A stretch of DNA of 64,000 nucleotides, taken from NCBI GenBank assembly GCA_964106915.2, contig OZ066922.1; one strand, 5' to 3'. The position numbers and the translations under genes are program-made. Under the pieces are notes generated by a model that worked only from the letters and a program-made list of their open reading frames with translations, was not told the origin of the DNA and did not search any database. The number at the start of each line of letters is the position of its first letter. Position 1 is the stretch's first letter. Shown here one piece after another: positions 63,398 through 64,000 of this stretch. This DNA comes from Podarcis gaigeae (taxonomy: Eukaryota).

Positions 63398-64000
63398 ACT
63401 TATAGTGTTCTTAGTTCCAACCTTTGCCTTCCCTCCTAGAACTGGGACTCCTAAGCATGTTCAGCTAAATGTGCTTAGAACCTTTCTTGCAATCTGGAAC
63501 CTTGAGTAGGGACCCATTGTGCATGGAACCATGCCAATTGCACTGTTTGTGCCCTCATGCATTTGGCTGAACACCTGATGTCTATTCCAATGTAGCCCCT
63601 TCATATTTAAAATCAGTTTGGGGAAGTTCATCCATGATATGGAAGAGGCTGATAGGAGCAAGCATGCAATAATGCATTTTAAGCCTGATCACCATGTGTA
63701 TTAGATTCGGAATTTTTTTAGTTTCTGAGCTGGTTCAACCTTTGGTACATCACTTAGAGGTGCATTACTTACGACAATCAGTTTTCCTTGAAAACTGCTT
63801 TTCTTGAAAAGCGCTGTGAAGTGATATGTTGGCCTTTTTCAACATGCAAGTTGAAGTTGCTGTCATTGTGTGTAATACTACATAAACTTGGTGTTTCTCT
63901 TCCAGCCCCCCTCCCACATCAACTGCTCCATCATCACCTGCCTCTTGACAGGAGGTTTCAAGAAAGTAAATTACAGTATGGGATGTTTCCTGGTTAAAAA

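Noticed and set aside
1-64000. CRISPR arrays, operons, rRNA or other prokaryotic systems
   Set aside because: The sequence is vertebrate repeat-rich DNA; there are no regularly spaced direct repeats or dense ORFs.

Overview
Vertebrate genomic DNA, almost certainly from a squamate reptile and most likely a lacertid lizard (inferred from nine Sauria SINE copies with (ACCTTT)n tails, plus BovB, L2, CR1, RTE-X and Penelope fragments, CORE-type SINEs, and Tigger/hAT/Tc2 MITEs). I could not identify any protein-coding exon: every long ORF in the track is a LINE remnant, a microsatellite, or a by-product of GC-rich sequence. Two CpG-island promoters face away from each other. One (~24.4-25.8 kb) drives a minus-strand unit with a non-coding first exon ending at a CAG|GTAC donor at 25039. 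The other (~56.6-57.45 kb) drives a plus-strand gene whose first exon ends at CAG|GTAG at 57354. I cannot name either gene. The ~31 kb between them is repeat-rich and holds candidate enhancers and CTCF sites. Best leads: strong-Kozak mini-uORFs in both first exons; a cluster of hairpins with a TATA/CRE/KLF cassette at 13.95-14.5 kb; a TSD-flanked Bov-A-like BovB deletion derivative; a mammalian-type Tigger1 terminus; a CpG-rich composite transposon carrying promoter motifs and a perfect splice donor; and a 30-bp near-perfect palindrome in an intronic Tc2-like element. I see no clear evidence for a wholly new biological system. Repeat-family names come from my memory of consensus sequences, not from a database search.
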